In this document: piece after piece, positions 19,085 through 28,172 of the stretch
Layout: every line of letters starts with the position of its first letter
How positions within the stretch are numbered: the first letter of the stretch is position 1
Source: Candidatus Bathyarchaeia archaeon
Lineage (GTDB): Archaea; Thermoproteota; Bathyarchaeia; Bathyarchaeales; Bathyarchaeaceae
Reading direction: 5' to 3'
Assembly: GCA_041653695.1 (NCBI GenBank)
Contig: JBAZEV010000001.1
Location: forward strand, 9,737 to 73,736
DNA: 64,000 nt
Made by a program: the position numbers and the translations under genes
Notes under the pieces: model-generated
Database searches by the model: none
Seen by the model: only the letters and a program-made list of their open reading frames with translations
What the model was told of the DNA's origin: nothing

Positions 19085-19942
19085 TTATAGTGTCATGTTT
19101 CCATTACCCAGAACAGCTAGTCGGCAGCATGTAGTTCCATTAATTTCTTCTCCATAGTATAACGGTATATCAGTGAAGACATCTTCATTGAATGCTGCTT
19201 GTGTCGCAAAGTCAAGAGCTGTGTTTACTGGATATCCATAAGATAGGTATTGGACTATCACTGCACAAAAATATCCATAATGATACTGTTCATAACCCGT
19301 CGGGTCTAAGAATTCATGAGAATAGTTTATGTGCCCCAAAAATACGTAGTCGCCGCTGGTCGAATAGTAACCATCAGTACTCATGTCATCACATTTTGTC
19401 CAAGAATATGGAAAATTGGCGGCTTTTCCACATGTTGAGCAGATGTCATCTGAATAATCGTTTGCAGTATCGCAATGCCAAAGAAACACAAAATGGTGGA
19501 CGCCTCCCGTGTTAGGGTATATGATGTTATCCCATAAATAATCAGGTTGATTATTTACTACTGGTTGCACCATAAGGAAGTGATGATCTAATTCATGTGA
19601 TGGTGACCCTTTTGATGCGTGTCCTTTTGAGAAAACTGCTGCACCATTTTGGGAGTTAAGCTCACAAAAATATGTTAATGTGGTGTATCCAGATACGGTT
19701 GCTGAACTGTTATAACAACCGAATGTGTAATAGCCTCTTGTTTCCAGGCAGCTTTCAATGAAATCAGTAACTTGGCACGTCAACGTTATTTCTGTTGCGT
19801 TTTCCCCTTCATACAAGTAATTTGGTGCGTAGACCTCTGCAAAATCCGTCGCTTTAACCGTCTTTATGCTGAAACATTGTGGCAATACGGTGGTAATTAG
19901 GCCCACGATAAAAATCATTGAGATGATTATATTTTTTCTCAA
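19085..19942 (-). CDS. Secreted Cys/His/Tyr-rich protein, possible peptidase-like
   Basis: Signal peptide MRKNIIISMIFIVGLITTVLPQ. At least 14 Cys. Motifs AAVFSKGHAS, SHELDHHF (HExxH) and HHFVFLWHCDTA. Starts 13 nt upstream of the previous gene on the same strand. Confidence 0.6.
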   Translation of the reverse strand: MRKNIIISMIFIVGLITTVLPQCFSIKTVKATDFAEVYAPNYLYEGENATEITLTCQVTDFIESCLETRGYYTFGCYNSSATVSGYTTLTYFCELNSQNGAAVFSKGHASKGSPSHELDHHFLMVQPVVNNQPDYLWDNIIYPNTGGVHHFVFLWHCDTANDYSDDICSTCGKAANFPYSWTKCDDMSTDGYYSTSGDYVFLGHINYSHEFLDPTGYEQYHYGYFCAVIVQYLSYGYPVNTALDFATQAAFNEDVFTDIPLYYGEEINGTTCCRLAVLGNGNMTL

Positions 19943-20142
19943 AATAGCTCCCCCACAACAAATATCTATTTTATTATTTATAATGATTTTGGTTTTATGT
20001 TACTCTATTATTTCATTCTTTGAACATGAATTATTGTATCTGTTTATATTTGCACGTTTTTTGTTTCTAGAATTATTGCCTGTTCGCCTCTTGTTGTTAT
20101 AAAAGAAAACCTATTATGTATGATTGCCGTCCCCTCTGTGAA

Positions 20143-20221
20143 GGGTCCGTGGTCTAGTCTGGATTAGGACACTGGCCTGCGAAGCCGGAGTTCCGGGGTT
20201 CGAATCCCCGCGGACCCGCCA
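20143..20221 (+). tRNA. tRNA-Arg (anticodon GCG) with genomically encoded CCA
   Basis: Cloverleaf folded by hand: acceptor GGGTCCG/CGGACCC, D-stem GTCT/GGAC, anticodon stem CTGGC/GCCGG with loop CTGCGAA, V-loop AGTTC, T-arm CGGGG-TTCGAAT-CCCCG, discriminator G, then CCA. Confidence 0.93.
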
Positions 20222-20242
20222 CCCTTTAGGAAGAATGCACAT

Positions 20243-22189
20243 ATGGTTTCCAGTTCCCCCTTTGCCGAGTTCTATGCAGCATGCGAATCTGTTCTAAAGG
20301 ATGCACTAACACGGTTATACCCAGACTACAGTTTACCATCGATATTGCTTGAGGTACCTCCAAATCTTGACTTTGGCGAGTTGGCGTCTTCGGTATGTTT
20401 TGAGCTTGCCAAACACGCCAAGAAAAGTCCTCGAGTTATTGCGCAGCAAATCGTGGATGATATCGACGTTTTATGTGCCCCCTTGATTGAGGGTGTTTCG
20501 GCTGCTGGGGCTGGGTATGTTAATTTCCGGGTTGACTCTGCAAGGTTTTCTTGTTTGACGTTGGAGTCTGCCCAAGTTTTAGATTCCGAGTATGGTTACG
20601 TCAAAACTGATGCACCAAAAAACATGCTTGTGGAACATACCAGCGTTAATCCTGTGCACCCGATTCACATCGGGCAGGCAAGAAACCCCATGCTGGGCGA
20701 CGCGGTTTCGCGGATTTTGGCTAAACGTGGGCATAAAGTTTCGCGACACTACTACGTTGATGATGTTGGGCGCCAAAGCGCGGTTATCGCGTATGGTTAC
20801 ACCAAACTGGGCAAACCTGCGCCTGAGGGTAAGCCTGACCGTTTCATCGGCGGTATCTACACGGTTACTAGTTGTATCATGGAGGTTAAACGGCTTCAAA
20901 AAGCGGTTGACGCTTCAAGTTGTCTTGGTGAGCAGGAACGCCAAAAACTGGCGAAATCGTTGGATGAGTGGACCAACATTTCCAGTGAGATACAGCAACG
21001 TTTTCCTGAACTTTTCGAACAACTATCAACAGAAATCGGCAAAGACTCCGACCCCGAAGCACAGGTCAGCAAACTGATACAAGGCTACGAGGCAGGTGAA
21101 CCAGAACCCAAACAGTTGCTGCGTGAGGTCTGTAACCTGTGTTTGAGTGGGTTCAGGGAAACTCTTGGCAGTGTTGGCGTTTGCTTGGATTCTTGGGATT
21201 GGGAAAGCGACCTAATCTGGAACGGCGACGTAGGCAACGTTATCAAGCAGCTGAAGGCAACGCCGTATGTTTTCAAGGAAAACGATGTACTGGAGTTTGA
21301 CGCAGAAAAAGTAGCCCACGACCTAGACCTGAAAAAGAAGCTTGGAATCAGCGACGACCACGAACTTACGCCGTTAACGTTGATGCGCGGCGACGGAACA
21401 TCGTTGTATACAACGCGGGATATTGCATATCATCTGTGGAAGTTCACGCAAGCCGACTACGTGGTTAACGTCATCGGTATGGAGCAGACGCTTCCGCAGT
21501 TGCAACTGAAACTGGCGTTAAGCGCGCTTGGGCACGTAGATTACATCACAAGGCTTACCCATTTTGCTTATAGTCTGGTCAGGCTTCCAGGTTACCGTAT
21601 GTCCAGCCGCAGAGGACGATACATCACATTAGACGAAGTATTAGCAGGTGCAGCAGAACGCGCCTACGCCGAGGTTTCGAAGCGTTCTCCGATGCTGTCC
21701 GAGGAAGAGAAACGTGAAATCTCCGTTTTTGTGGGAAAAGGTGCAGTAAAATTTGCGTTGATTGCCGTTGACCCAACAAAACCCGTGGTTTTTACTTGGG
21801 ACCGTGTTCTGGATTTTGAGAAGAACAGTGCACCGTATATCCAGTATTCGCATGCTAGGGCTTGCAGTATTTTGCGTAAAGCAGAGAAAACGCCGCAGAA
21901 CGTTGACTACTCGTTGTTGGTTGATGTTATGGAACGGGATTTGATACTTTGTTTAGCCCGTTTTCCGGACGTTTTTGTTGACGCTGCAGAAAACCTGAAA
22001 CCAAGCGCTGTGGCAGATTACCTGAACCTGTTAGGTGACAAATTTAACAGGTTCTACACCAAGTTGCCTGTTCTTAAAGCTGAGTCCCCCCAGCTTTGTG
22101 ATGCGCGTTTGGCGCTTGTGGTTGCTACGCGGATTGTTTTGCGTAATGGTTTGCGGCTTTTGGGTATCGAGGCACCTGATCGGATGTAG
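20243..22189 (+). CDS. argS: Arginine--tRNA ligase
   Basis: 648 aa. Class I HIGH region HTSVNPVHPIHIGQARN. The ArgRS N-terminal Add-1 and C-terminal DALR anticodon-binding layout is present (..SAPYIQYSHARACSILRKA..). Confidence 0.95.
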   Translation: MVSSSPFAEFYAACESVLKDALTRLYPDYSLPSILLEVPPNLDFGELASSVCFELAKHAKKSPRVIAQQIVDDIDVLCAPLIEGVSAAGAGYVNFRVDSARFSCLTLESAQVLDSEYGYVKTDAPKNMLVEHTSVNPVHPIHIGQARNPMLGDAVSRILAKRGHKVSRHYYVDDVGRQSAVIAYGYTKLGKPAPEGKPDRFIGGIYTVTSCIMEVKRLQKAVDASSCLGEQERQKLAKSLDEWTNISSEIQQRFPELFEQLSTEIGKDSDPEAQVSKLIQGYEAGEPEPKQLLREVCNLCLSGFRETLGSVGVCLDSWDWESDLIWNGDVGNVIKQLKATPYVFKENDVLEFDAEKVAHDLDLKKKLGISDDHELTPLTLMRGDGTSLYTTRDIAYHLWKFTQADYVVNVIGMEQTLPQLQLKLALSALGHVDYITRLTHFAYSLVRLPGYRMSSRRGRYITLDEVLAGAAERAYAEVSKRSPMLSEEEKREISVFVGKGAVKFALIAVDPTKPVVFTWDRVLDFEKNSAPYIQYSHARACSILRKAEKTPQNVDYSLLVDVMERDLILCLARFPDVFVDAAENLKPSAVADYLNLLGDKFNRFYTKLPVLKAESPQLCDARLALVVATRIVLRNGLRLLGIEAPDRM

Positions 22190-22219
22190 TTTCTGGTATT
22201 TGTTGGAGGGCAAACAGGG

Positions 22220-22897
22220 TTGTATATGCGTGGTTTTGATTCTGGGCGTGAACTGCTCAAGTACATTGCCATAATCACGATGACCATAGACCACATCGGT
22301 GCTGTCCTGTTTCCCGATTACGAGTTTTTGCGTTGGATTGGCAGGCTCGCGTTTCCGTTGTTTGCTTACCTGTTGATACTGGGAATGGAGGACACCCACA
22401 ACATCAGAAACTATTTCATGCGGCTCTTCGTTTTTGCCATCGTTTCGCAGGTGCCATTCTTTTTGGCAATCGGCTCAGGTCCATTTGAGCACCTGAACAT
22501 CTTCTTTACGTTGGCGTTTGGTTTGCTGTTTGTTTACTACTTCAAACGAAACTCGGTATTCGCGTTACTGCCGCTGCTTGTTGCGTTCGTTTTGCCAATC
22601 GACTACAGTGTATACGGAATCGCAGCGATGGGTTGCATGTACATCCTAACAAAGAACGTGAAGTTAGGTGCTGTTTTGTTTGTTGGGTTGAACCTGATGT
22701 TTCTGTTGCCCCCAAGCAACCAGATTCTATCTGTTTTGGCGTTGCCCCTGATACTGTTGCACAACAAAGGCACGTTAACGCCCACAATAAACTATAACAA
22801 AGACTTCAAAATGTCTGCGTGGCGAAAATATTTCTTCTACGTGTATTACCCGCTGCATCTGACACTGCTGTATTTGATTCAGGTGTATTTCTTCTAA
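22220..22897 (+). CDS. TraX-family membrane protein
   Basis: LKYIAIITMTIDHIGAVLF..RWIGRLAFPLFAYLL matches the TraX N-terminal signature, followed by multiple TM helices. Confidence 0.7.
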   Translation: MYMRGFDSGRELLKYIAIITMTIDHIGAVLFPDYEFLRWIGRLAFPLFAYLLILGMEDTHNIRNYFMRLFVFAIVSQVPFFLAIGSGPFEHLNIFFTLAFGLLFVYYFKRNSVFALLPLLVAFVLPIDYSVYGIAAMGCMYILTKNVKLGAVLFVGLNLMFLLPPSNQILSVLALPLILLHNKGTLTPTINYNKDFKMSAWRKYFFYVYYPLHLTLLYLIQVYFF

Positions 22898-22915
22898 CCT
22901 GGTTTATTTGCAGTT

Positions 22916-23857
22916 TCACATCCACTTGTTGAGCCACTCTAACATCTTTTCTGGGTGTTCCCCAAAATATTGGTAGCCTTGGAATCTGTGGGTCAGTTTT
23001 TCTAGCCAGTAGAACTCCTTTGTTGTTGGCGTTTTTTCGTAGAATCCCTGTATGTCAGTTAGTTCTGTCCACGGGTCATTTCTTGTTTGAACATACAAAG
23101 TGGGCACCTTAAGGTCTTTAACAAACTTTGCAGGCGACATATCCTGCAGCCGATACCTGCTTTGCATGTTTACAAACAGTTTAATGAATGGAAACAGCAA
23201 CGCAGCCCCAAGAGGACTAAACCCTCGTTTCATGTATGTTCGCGCAAACACTTCCATGGAAATCGGTTGAACCGCAACCAAACATTTAACATGTTTAAAC
23301 CGTTCAGGTTGTTTGCTCATCGCAATAATTGTCGAGTTTGCGCCCATGCAAAAACTCACAAAACCAACAACCTTGTTTTTCAAGGCTGAGTTTCCTTGGA
23401 TGTAATCCATCGCCGCTACTACGTCTTGGTATTCTTCTAAGCCGACTCCTGCCTTGCCGTTGTTTGGGCTGGGGTCGCTTTCGCCGTGGTTACGGAAATC
23501 AAACATCAACACCCCGTACCCCGCGTTGTGTAAGTGTTTGGCTACTTTGAGGAACTCGACTTCTTCGTCGAACAGTTTAGAAAAACTGCTGTACAGTTTA
23601 GTTGACCCATACTTGGTTAAACCTCCAACATGGGTAACCACCACCAGTTTGTCCGAGTCTGCGGGTATCAACCACCCCCTGATGTTTACGCCGTCCGCTG
23701 ATTTGAACTGGATTTTCTCAAAGGGCATTCCATAGTCTTGGGGCGTTTTTGGGACAGGTTGCCTGTCTAAGTGGATTAGCGTTCTTGAAAGAAAATAACA
23801 AATCAACAAAAAACCAAGAACTATTACGGGAATCAACCCAAGAACCCATGTAAACAT
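22916..23857 (-). CDS. Membrane-anchored alpha/beta hydrolase
   Basis: N-terminal TM helix. Alpha/beta-fold pattern HVGG..FDFRNHGESD. The nucleophile elbow is VSFCMGAN, with Cys in the Ser position as in dienelactone hydrolases. Confidence 0.75.
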   Translation of the reverse strand: MFTWVLGLIPVIVLGFLLICYFLSRTLIHLDRQPVPKTPQDYGMPFEKIQFKSADGVNIRGWLIPADSDKLVVVTHVGGLTKYGSTKLYSSFSKLFDEEVEFLKVAKHLHNAGYGVLMFDFRNHGESDPSPNNGKAGVGLEEYQDVVAAMDYIQGNSALKNKVVGFVSFCMGANSTIIAMSKQPERFKHVKCLVAVQPISMEVFARTYMKRGFSPLGAALLFPFIKLFVNMQSRYRLQDMSPAKFVKDLKVPTLYVQTRNDPWTELTDIQGFYEKTPTTKEFYWLEKLTHRFQGYQYFGEHPEKMLEWLNKWM

Positions 23858-23966
23858 GTAACTACACCCGTTTGTGTTCTTTTTAGGTGATATCTGAAGT
23901 TAAAATTAACCCAGTTATTCCTGAAGTTTTTGAAACACTAAACTACCAGAAAACCAAAATGGTACA

Positions 23967-24650
23967 ATGGTTGGTTGCAAGAACTTGCGCTTAATGGTTT
24001 TATCTGATTTGCATGGGCACCGCGAAGCATTCGTTAACGCTGCACAAGAAGCAAAACGGCGTGAAGTTGATGTTGTTGTTCTCTGCGGTGACATCACCAA
24101 CTTTGGTCATGTCCAACAGGCAAAACCGTTGTTTGCTCCGCTGCTCAGTTTAGGTGTGCCCGTTTTGTATGTGTTTGGTAACTGTGACCTTTCCACCTTT
24201 TTGGACCAACCAATCGAAAACGCCCAGAGTCTTCATGGTTCATGCGTACAACTGGGCGGTTACAGTTTCATCGGCGTTGGAGGTGCCCCGTCCAGTTACC
24301 TGAAAACGCCGCTTGAGTTCCCTGAAACATGGTTAAATGATGCGTTGAACCGCGGGTTTGATTCGTGTATGTTGCCCGAACTGTTGGTTGTTGTATCGCA
24401 TACGCCGCCGTACAACGTTAAGGTAGATTTGGCTTACATGAACAAGCACATCGGCAGCACCAGCATACGCCGTTTTGTGGATGAACACAAACCCGTTGCC
24501 GTACTTTGCGGGCATGTGCATGAGGCAGCGGGAACCGATTATATTGATGGAACGTTGGTTGTGAATTCTGGACCCGCCAAAAACGGCAGCTACGCACTGG
24601 TTGAACTGGGCGACCGTGTGTCGGCTGCGGTTGGAAACTTTAAAGCCTGA
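23967..24650 (+). CDS. Metallophosphoesterase (calcineurin-like)
   Basis: Motifs LSDLHGH, LCGDITNFG, GNCD, SHTPP and CGHVHE. Confidence 0.8.
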   Translation: MVGCKNLRLMVLSDLHGHREAFVNAAQEAKRREVDVVVLCGDITNFGHVQQAKPLFAPLLSLGVPVLYVFGNCDLSTFLDQPIENAQSLHGSCVQLGGYSFIGVGGAPSSYLKTPLEFPETWLNDALNRGFDSCMLPELLVVVSHTPPYNVKVDLAYMNKHIGSTSIRRFVDEHKPVAVLCGHVHEAAGTDYIDGTLVVNSGPAKNGSYALVELGDRVSAAVGNFKA

Positions 24651-24669
24651 ATCTGTTACATTTTTGGTT

Positions 24670-25557
24670 GTGGACTTTTTGCTTTCTGAGAAACTAAAGG
24701 AAATCGAGTCCGACCGAACCAGCGGGGCTAGTCAGATTGCCCGAAACGCGTTAGCGGTGCTAGAATATTTTGTGCAGACCACCAAAACAAGCAGCCACGA
24801 AGAGTTTATCGACGGCTTTAACAAGGTTGGTAAACTGCTGTTTTTGGCGCGACCAAACATGGCGGTTGTTCAAAACTTGGTGGCGCAGACGGTCTACGAG
24901 GTAAACCGTTACCCAGATTCACGGTTGGAAGCTGTTCGCAACTTTGCGCTTACCAAACTCGATGAGTTAACCACCCAATCCATAACCGCGGTTCAAGACT
25001 CCGCAAAACATGCCGCCAAACTAATCGGGGACTATGCACGTGTGGCGAGTTGCAGTTACAGTTCCACAATCGTGGAAACAATGAAACAGGCAAAACAGCA
25101 ACGCAAAAGCTTCACGGTTTATGTTGCTGAATCAAAAAGCATCGACAACCGTTACCGTTACGGCGAGGACTTGGCAAATTCCCTTCGGTCCATCGGTGTT
25201 GATGCAGAAGTCTTTTCTGACAACCAAATCGCTGAGTATATACAGAAAACAGGACTCGTATTGGTTGGTGCTGACAGCCTGCTTTTTGATGGGTCTGTTG
25301 TTAACGGGACTCCAACATGTGCTCTTGCGGTTGCGGCTAAGCAGTGTGGTTTGCCGTTTTATTGTGTTTGTGAAACCGCGAAAGCGAACGTGAACAGTTA
25401 CCTTGGTAAAAGTGTAGAAACGAAAACGGGTTTTGATTTTGTTCCCGCAGAGTTGGTTACTGGTGTAGTAACTGAAAACGGAATCTTGGACGTAAAAGGT
25501 GTTGTCAAGGTCATGAAACGGAATTCAAAGTTTTTTGAAGTCTTCGTTTCTGTTTAG
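24670..25557 (+). CDS. eIF-2B alpha/beta/delta-family protein (possible ribose-1,5-bisphosphate isomerase-like)
   Basis: SGASQIARNAL, VYVAESKS, LVGADSLLFDGSVVNGTPTCALAVAAK and PFYCVCETAK fit the IF-2B family. Start moved to in-frame GTG 24670; the track start 24601 overlaps the upstream gene by 50 nt. Confidence 0.7.
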   Translation: MDFLLSEKLKEIESDRTSGASQIARNALAVLEYFVQTTKTSSHEEFIDGFNKVGKLLFLARPNMAVVQNLVAQTVYEVNRYPDSRLEAVRNFALTKLDELTTQSITAVQDSAKHAAKLIGDYARVASCSYSSTIVETMKQAKQQRKSFTVYVAESKSIDNRYRYGEDLANSLRSIGVDAEVFSDNQIAEYIQKTGLVLVGADSLLFDGSVVNGTPTCALAVAAKQCGLPFYCVCETAKANVNSYLGKSVETKTGFDFVPAELVTGVVTENGILDVKGVVKVMKRNSKFFEVFVSV

Positions 25558-25713
25558 CAGATGTAAACGCCTTTGGTGCCTTCTTTTCTGGGGCTATTCT
25601 AGCAAAAACTGTTTCATTAACCTGTTTTGTGTTTGGTGCCGTTTTGTCATAACCGTATAATCAAAAGTTAAATACAACAAGCTCTGAGAACACTGTTCCA
25701 AGAAGTTGGTAAC

Positions 25714-27627
25714 ATGAAACAACACAAGTTTCTGTTAATTTCAATGATTTTATGTTTACTCCCCGCCATGTTTTTCGTATCTGTGACCTCGGCTTCTGCT
25801 GGGTGGACTCAAATCTACCGCGGCGGCGTTTACGACGAGTTGATACCGCTATCAGTGATACAAACCAGCGACGGCGGATACGCAATGGCAGTTTTTGCAG
25901 ACGCAAAACACATCGACAACATTGGGTATGCTGGACATTTCACAAGCCAGTATGAACTGTATTTAATTAAAACTGATTCCTCAGGCAACATGCAGTGGAA
26001 CCAAACCTTCACAAAAAGCAGCGACCCATCCTCTGAACTCTACTCGTTTTGGCCTGGCGATGTTAGCTGGGCACTAATACAAACAACCGACGGATACGTC
26101 CTAGGTGGCACAGACGCAAACCACAACTTGTGTTTAATCAAAACTGACTCTGCTGGACGTTTTCTTTGGATGAAAAAATACCTGCAAAATGAGGCTGGTT
26201 ACAGTTTTTCGTTGATGCATTCCATGATTCAAACCAGTGACGGCGGTTTCCTGTTCGCGGGCTCAACAGAAACCTCTAACGGAGCAGAAGACTTTCTGGT
26301 TGTAAAAGCTGACTCACAAGGCAACGAAAAATGGAGTGAAGTCTACAACAGCGGAACATACCAAGACGGTTCTGGTAACGCTGTTCCCCGCCACGACGAA
26401 GCAACAGGCGTTGTCCAGACCAGCGACGGCGGGTACGCGATTGTTGGGCAAACCACAACGTATGTTTCGTTGTCTGGTACGTATGATACTTTTCTTGTAA
26501 AAGCGGGTTCCTCAGGTGCAATGGAGTGGACGAAAATTATTTCGGGACCAAACGCCGCAGGTGCAGAGTACCGCGTTGTACAAGCATCTGATGGCGGGTT
26601 TGTGTTGGCTACCGCGCAGGTGGTTGATTCTGATGACACTGCGTTTGTATTGGTTAAAACTGATTCTTCAGGTAATGAGCGGTGGCGCAAAATCTTTGGT
26701 GACGATTACTATGATGCACCTTGTGCGTTGATCAAACTAAGTAACGGTTATGCAATCGGTGGAACAATAACCTACGTTGAAGACGATTACCCAATAAGCC
26801 GAGACTTGGGGCTGGTGCGGGTAGACCTTTCTGGAAACCAGCAGTGGGTTAAGCTCTTTAACGCAAAAATTGATCCAGAAACTGATATTCAAAGCGAAGA
26901 ATACGCGTATTCGATGATTCTTACCCGTGACGGTAGCTATGTGGTGGTTGGGTCCACGGTAAACGGTTGGGATGGCAGCCACGGGGACGTTTTTTTTGTT
27001 AAAACCGAAAGCCTAGAGCAACCTCCAGCGGAGTCGTCCCCCATTGTTGTCAGCGACGTGTCAGGTTCTGTTGAGCTGCAAACACCCGAACAGCAAACCG
27101 ATTCTTGGACACAGGTAAACGACGGCGACAACATCACAGAGGGAACAAGAATCAGGACACAGCAAAGCAGCGGCGAAATCACGTTAACTGGAGTAACCAT
27201 AATCGATATTCAACCAAACACGTTAATCGATGTTGAATCTTTAACCGGTGATGGTACCACGTTACTCTTGAACGAGGGCGAATTCACCGCAAGCGTTACT
27301 GGTCTTCCTTCTGGTTCCACGTTACAAATCGACATGTCCCAAGCAGTCGCGGTTATAACCGGAACCATATTTACAGTAACCGAAACCGGAACCCAATCAA
27401 CACTTAGCGTCGCCGAAGGCTCTGTTGTTTTCACATCTAAGGTTAACGGCGAAACCGTAACCGTAACCTCGGGACAAACAGTGGTTGCCACATCTGAAGG
27501 GTTAAACTCACATGGGGACCAAACCAGTACCTCAGATAACTGGGTTTACATCGTTGTTGTTGTAATTGTTGCTGTTGTTGCTTTGGCTGGTGTCGCATTT
27601 TTTGTGTTGAAAAAAAGAAAACCCTAA
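25714..27627 (+). CDS. Surface protein: signal peptide, ~7-blade repeat (xIQTSDGGYxxxG) beta-propeller-like region, FecR-like domain, C-terminal TM anchor
   Basis: Repeats VIQTSDGGYAMAV, LIQTTDGYVLGG, MIQTSDGGFLFAG, VVQTSDGGYAIVG, VVQASDGGFVLAT, LIKLSNGYAIGG, MILTRDGSYVVVG. FecR pattern ..VITGTIFTVTETG..VAEGSVVF.. The end is VVVVIVAVVALAGVAFFVLKKRKP. Confidence 0.7.
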   Translation: MKQHKFLLISMILCLLPAMFFVSVTSASAGWTQIYRGGVYDELIPLSVIQTSDGGYAMAVFADAKHIDNIGYAGHFTSQYELYLIKTDSSGNMQWNQTFTKSSDPSSELYSFWPGDVSWALIQTTDGYVLGGTDANHNLCLIKTDSAGRFLWMKKYLQNEAGYSFSLMHSMIQTSDGGFLFAGSTETSNGAEDFLVVKADSQGNEKWSEVYNSGTYQDGSGNAVPRHDEATGVVQTSDGGYAIVGQTTTYVSLSGTYDTFLVKAGSSGAMEWTKIISGPNAAGAEYRVVQASDGGFVLATAQVVDSDDTAFVLVKTDSSGNERWRKIFGDDYYDAPCALIKLSNGYAIGGTITYVEDDYPISRDLGLVRVDLSGNQQWVKLFNAKIDPETDIQSEEYAYSMILTRDGSYVVVGSTVNGWDGSHGDVFFVKTESLEQPPAESSPIVVSDVSGSVELQTPEQQTDSWTQVNDGDNITEGTRIRTQQSSGEITLTGVTIIDIQPNTLIDVESLTGDGTTLLLNEGEFTASVTGLPSGSTLQIDMSQAVAVITGTIFTVTETGTQSTLSVAEGSVVFTSKVNGETVTVTSGQTVVATSEGLNSHGDQTSTSDNWVYIVVVVIVAVVALAGVAFFVLKKRKP

Positions 27628-27657
27628 CTAGACACAAAAAACCGTTAGCTAACCCCT

Positions 27658-27888
27658 TTACTCTGTGACCTTTTTTGCCCATTCTTCTTGAAGTTTCTGG
27701 GCAAGGTTTCCGTTTTCTAAAATGAATGCTCCGTGGTAACCGCAGTTTCTGCACTCCCACAGCGACCAAAGTTGCGGTAATCCCTGCGCCCAGTTGATGT
27801 CGGTTGACCCGCATTGTGGGCAAAACTTGTGTGAATACACCTTGTTTGTTTGAGCTTTTTTTGCTGTTTCTTTATCTGCCATTGGCAT
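27658..27888 (-). CDS. Small zinc-ribbon protein
   Basis: 76 aa with CPQCGS..(21 aa)..CRNCGY, a four-Cys ribbon. Confidence 0.55.
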   Translation of the reverse strand: MPMADKETAKKAQTNKVYSHKFCPQCGSTDINWAQGLPQLWSLWECRNCGYHGAFILENGNLAQKLQEEWAKKVTE

Positions 27889-28058
27889 GTGCTCCTGCTG
27901 TTACTTTTTCAGGTGTTTCTTCAAAATCCGTTTCTTAGGCAGTTTAGGCTTTTTCGTCCGTTTTGCGTCTGTTGTTGCCAAACTGTTACCCCACATTTTT
28001 TATGTCTATGAAACGTTTAAGGTTACTGCCACAAACACCCAAAAACGGTTTATTTTGG

Positions 28059-28126
28059 TTAGTCAGAGTTTCTTGACTAACACATTTCCCAAACACCCTA
28101 TTCTTAGTCAAGGTTTCTTGACAAAA
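28059..28126 (+). promoter_or_regulatory. Tandem palindromic operator sites upstream of the NosD-like surface gene
   Basis: Site 1 TTAGTCAGAGTTTCTTGACTAA (28059-80) and site 2 TTAGTCAAGGTTTCTTGACAAAA (28104-26), followed by the TATA-like TTTTTTTAA (28131-39) and ATG 28173. Confidence 0.55.
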
Positions 28127-28172
28127 ACCCTTTTTTTAACGTTGTAACTCAAACCCTGTTGCTGGTACACTT

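Noticed and set aside
15528-20221. Possible integrated element or genomic island next to tRNA-Arg (an AT-rich block with unknown and surface genes)
   Set aside because: There is no integrase, no recombinase, no virus or plasmid hallmark genes, and I could find no direct repeat of the tRNA 3' end elsewhere in the window. AT-richness alone is insufficient.
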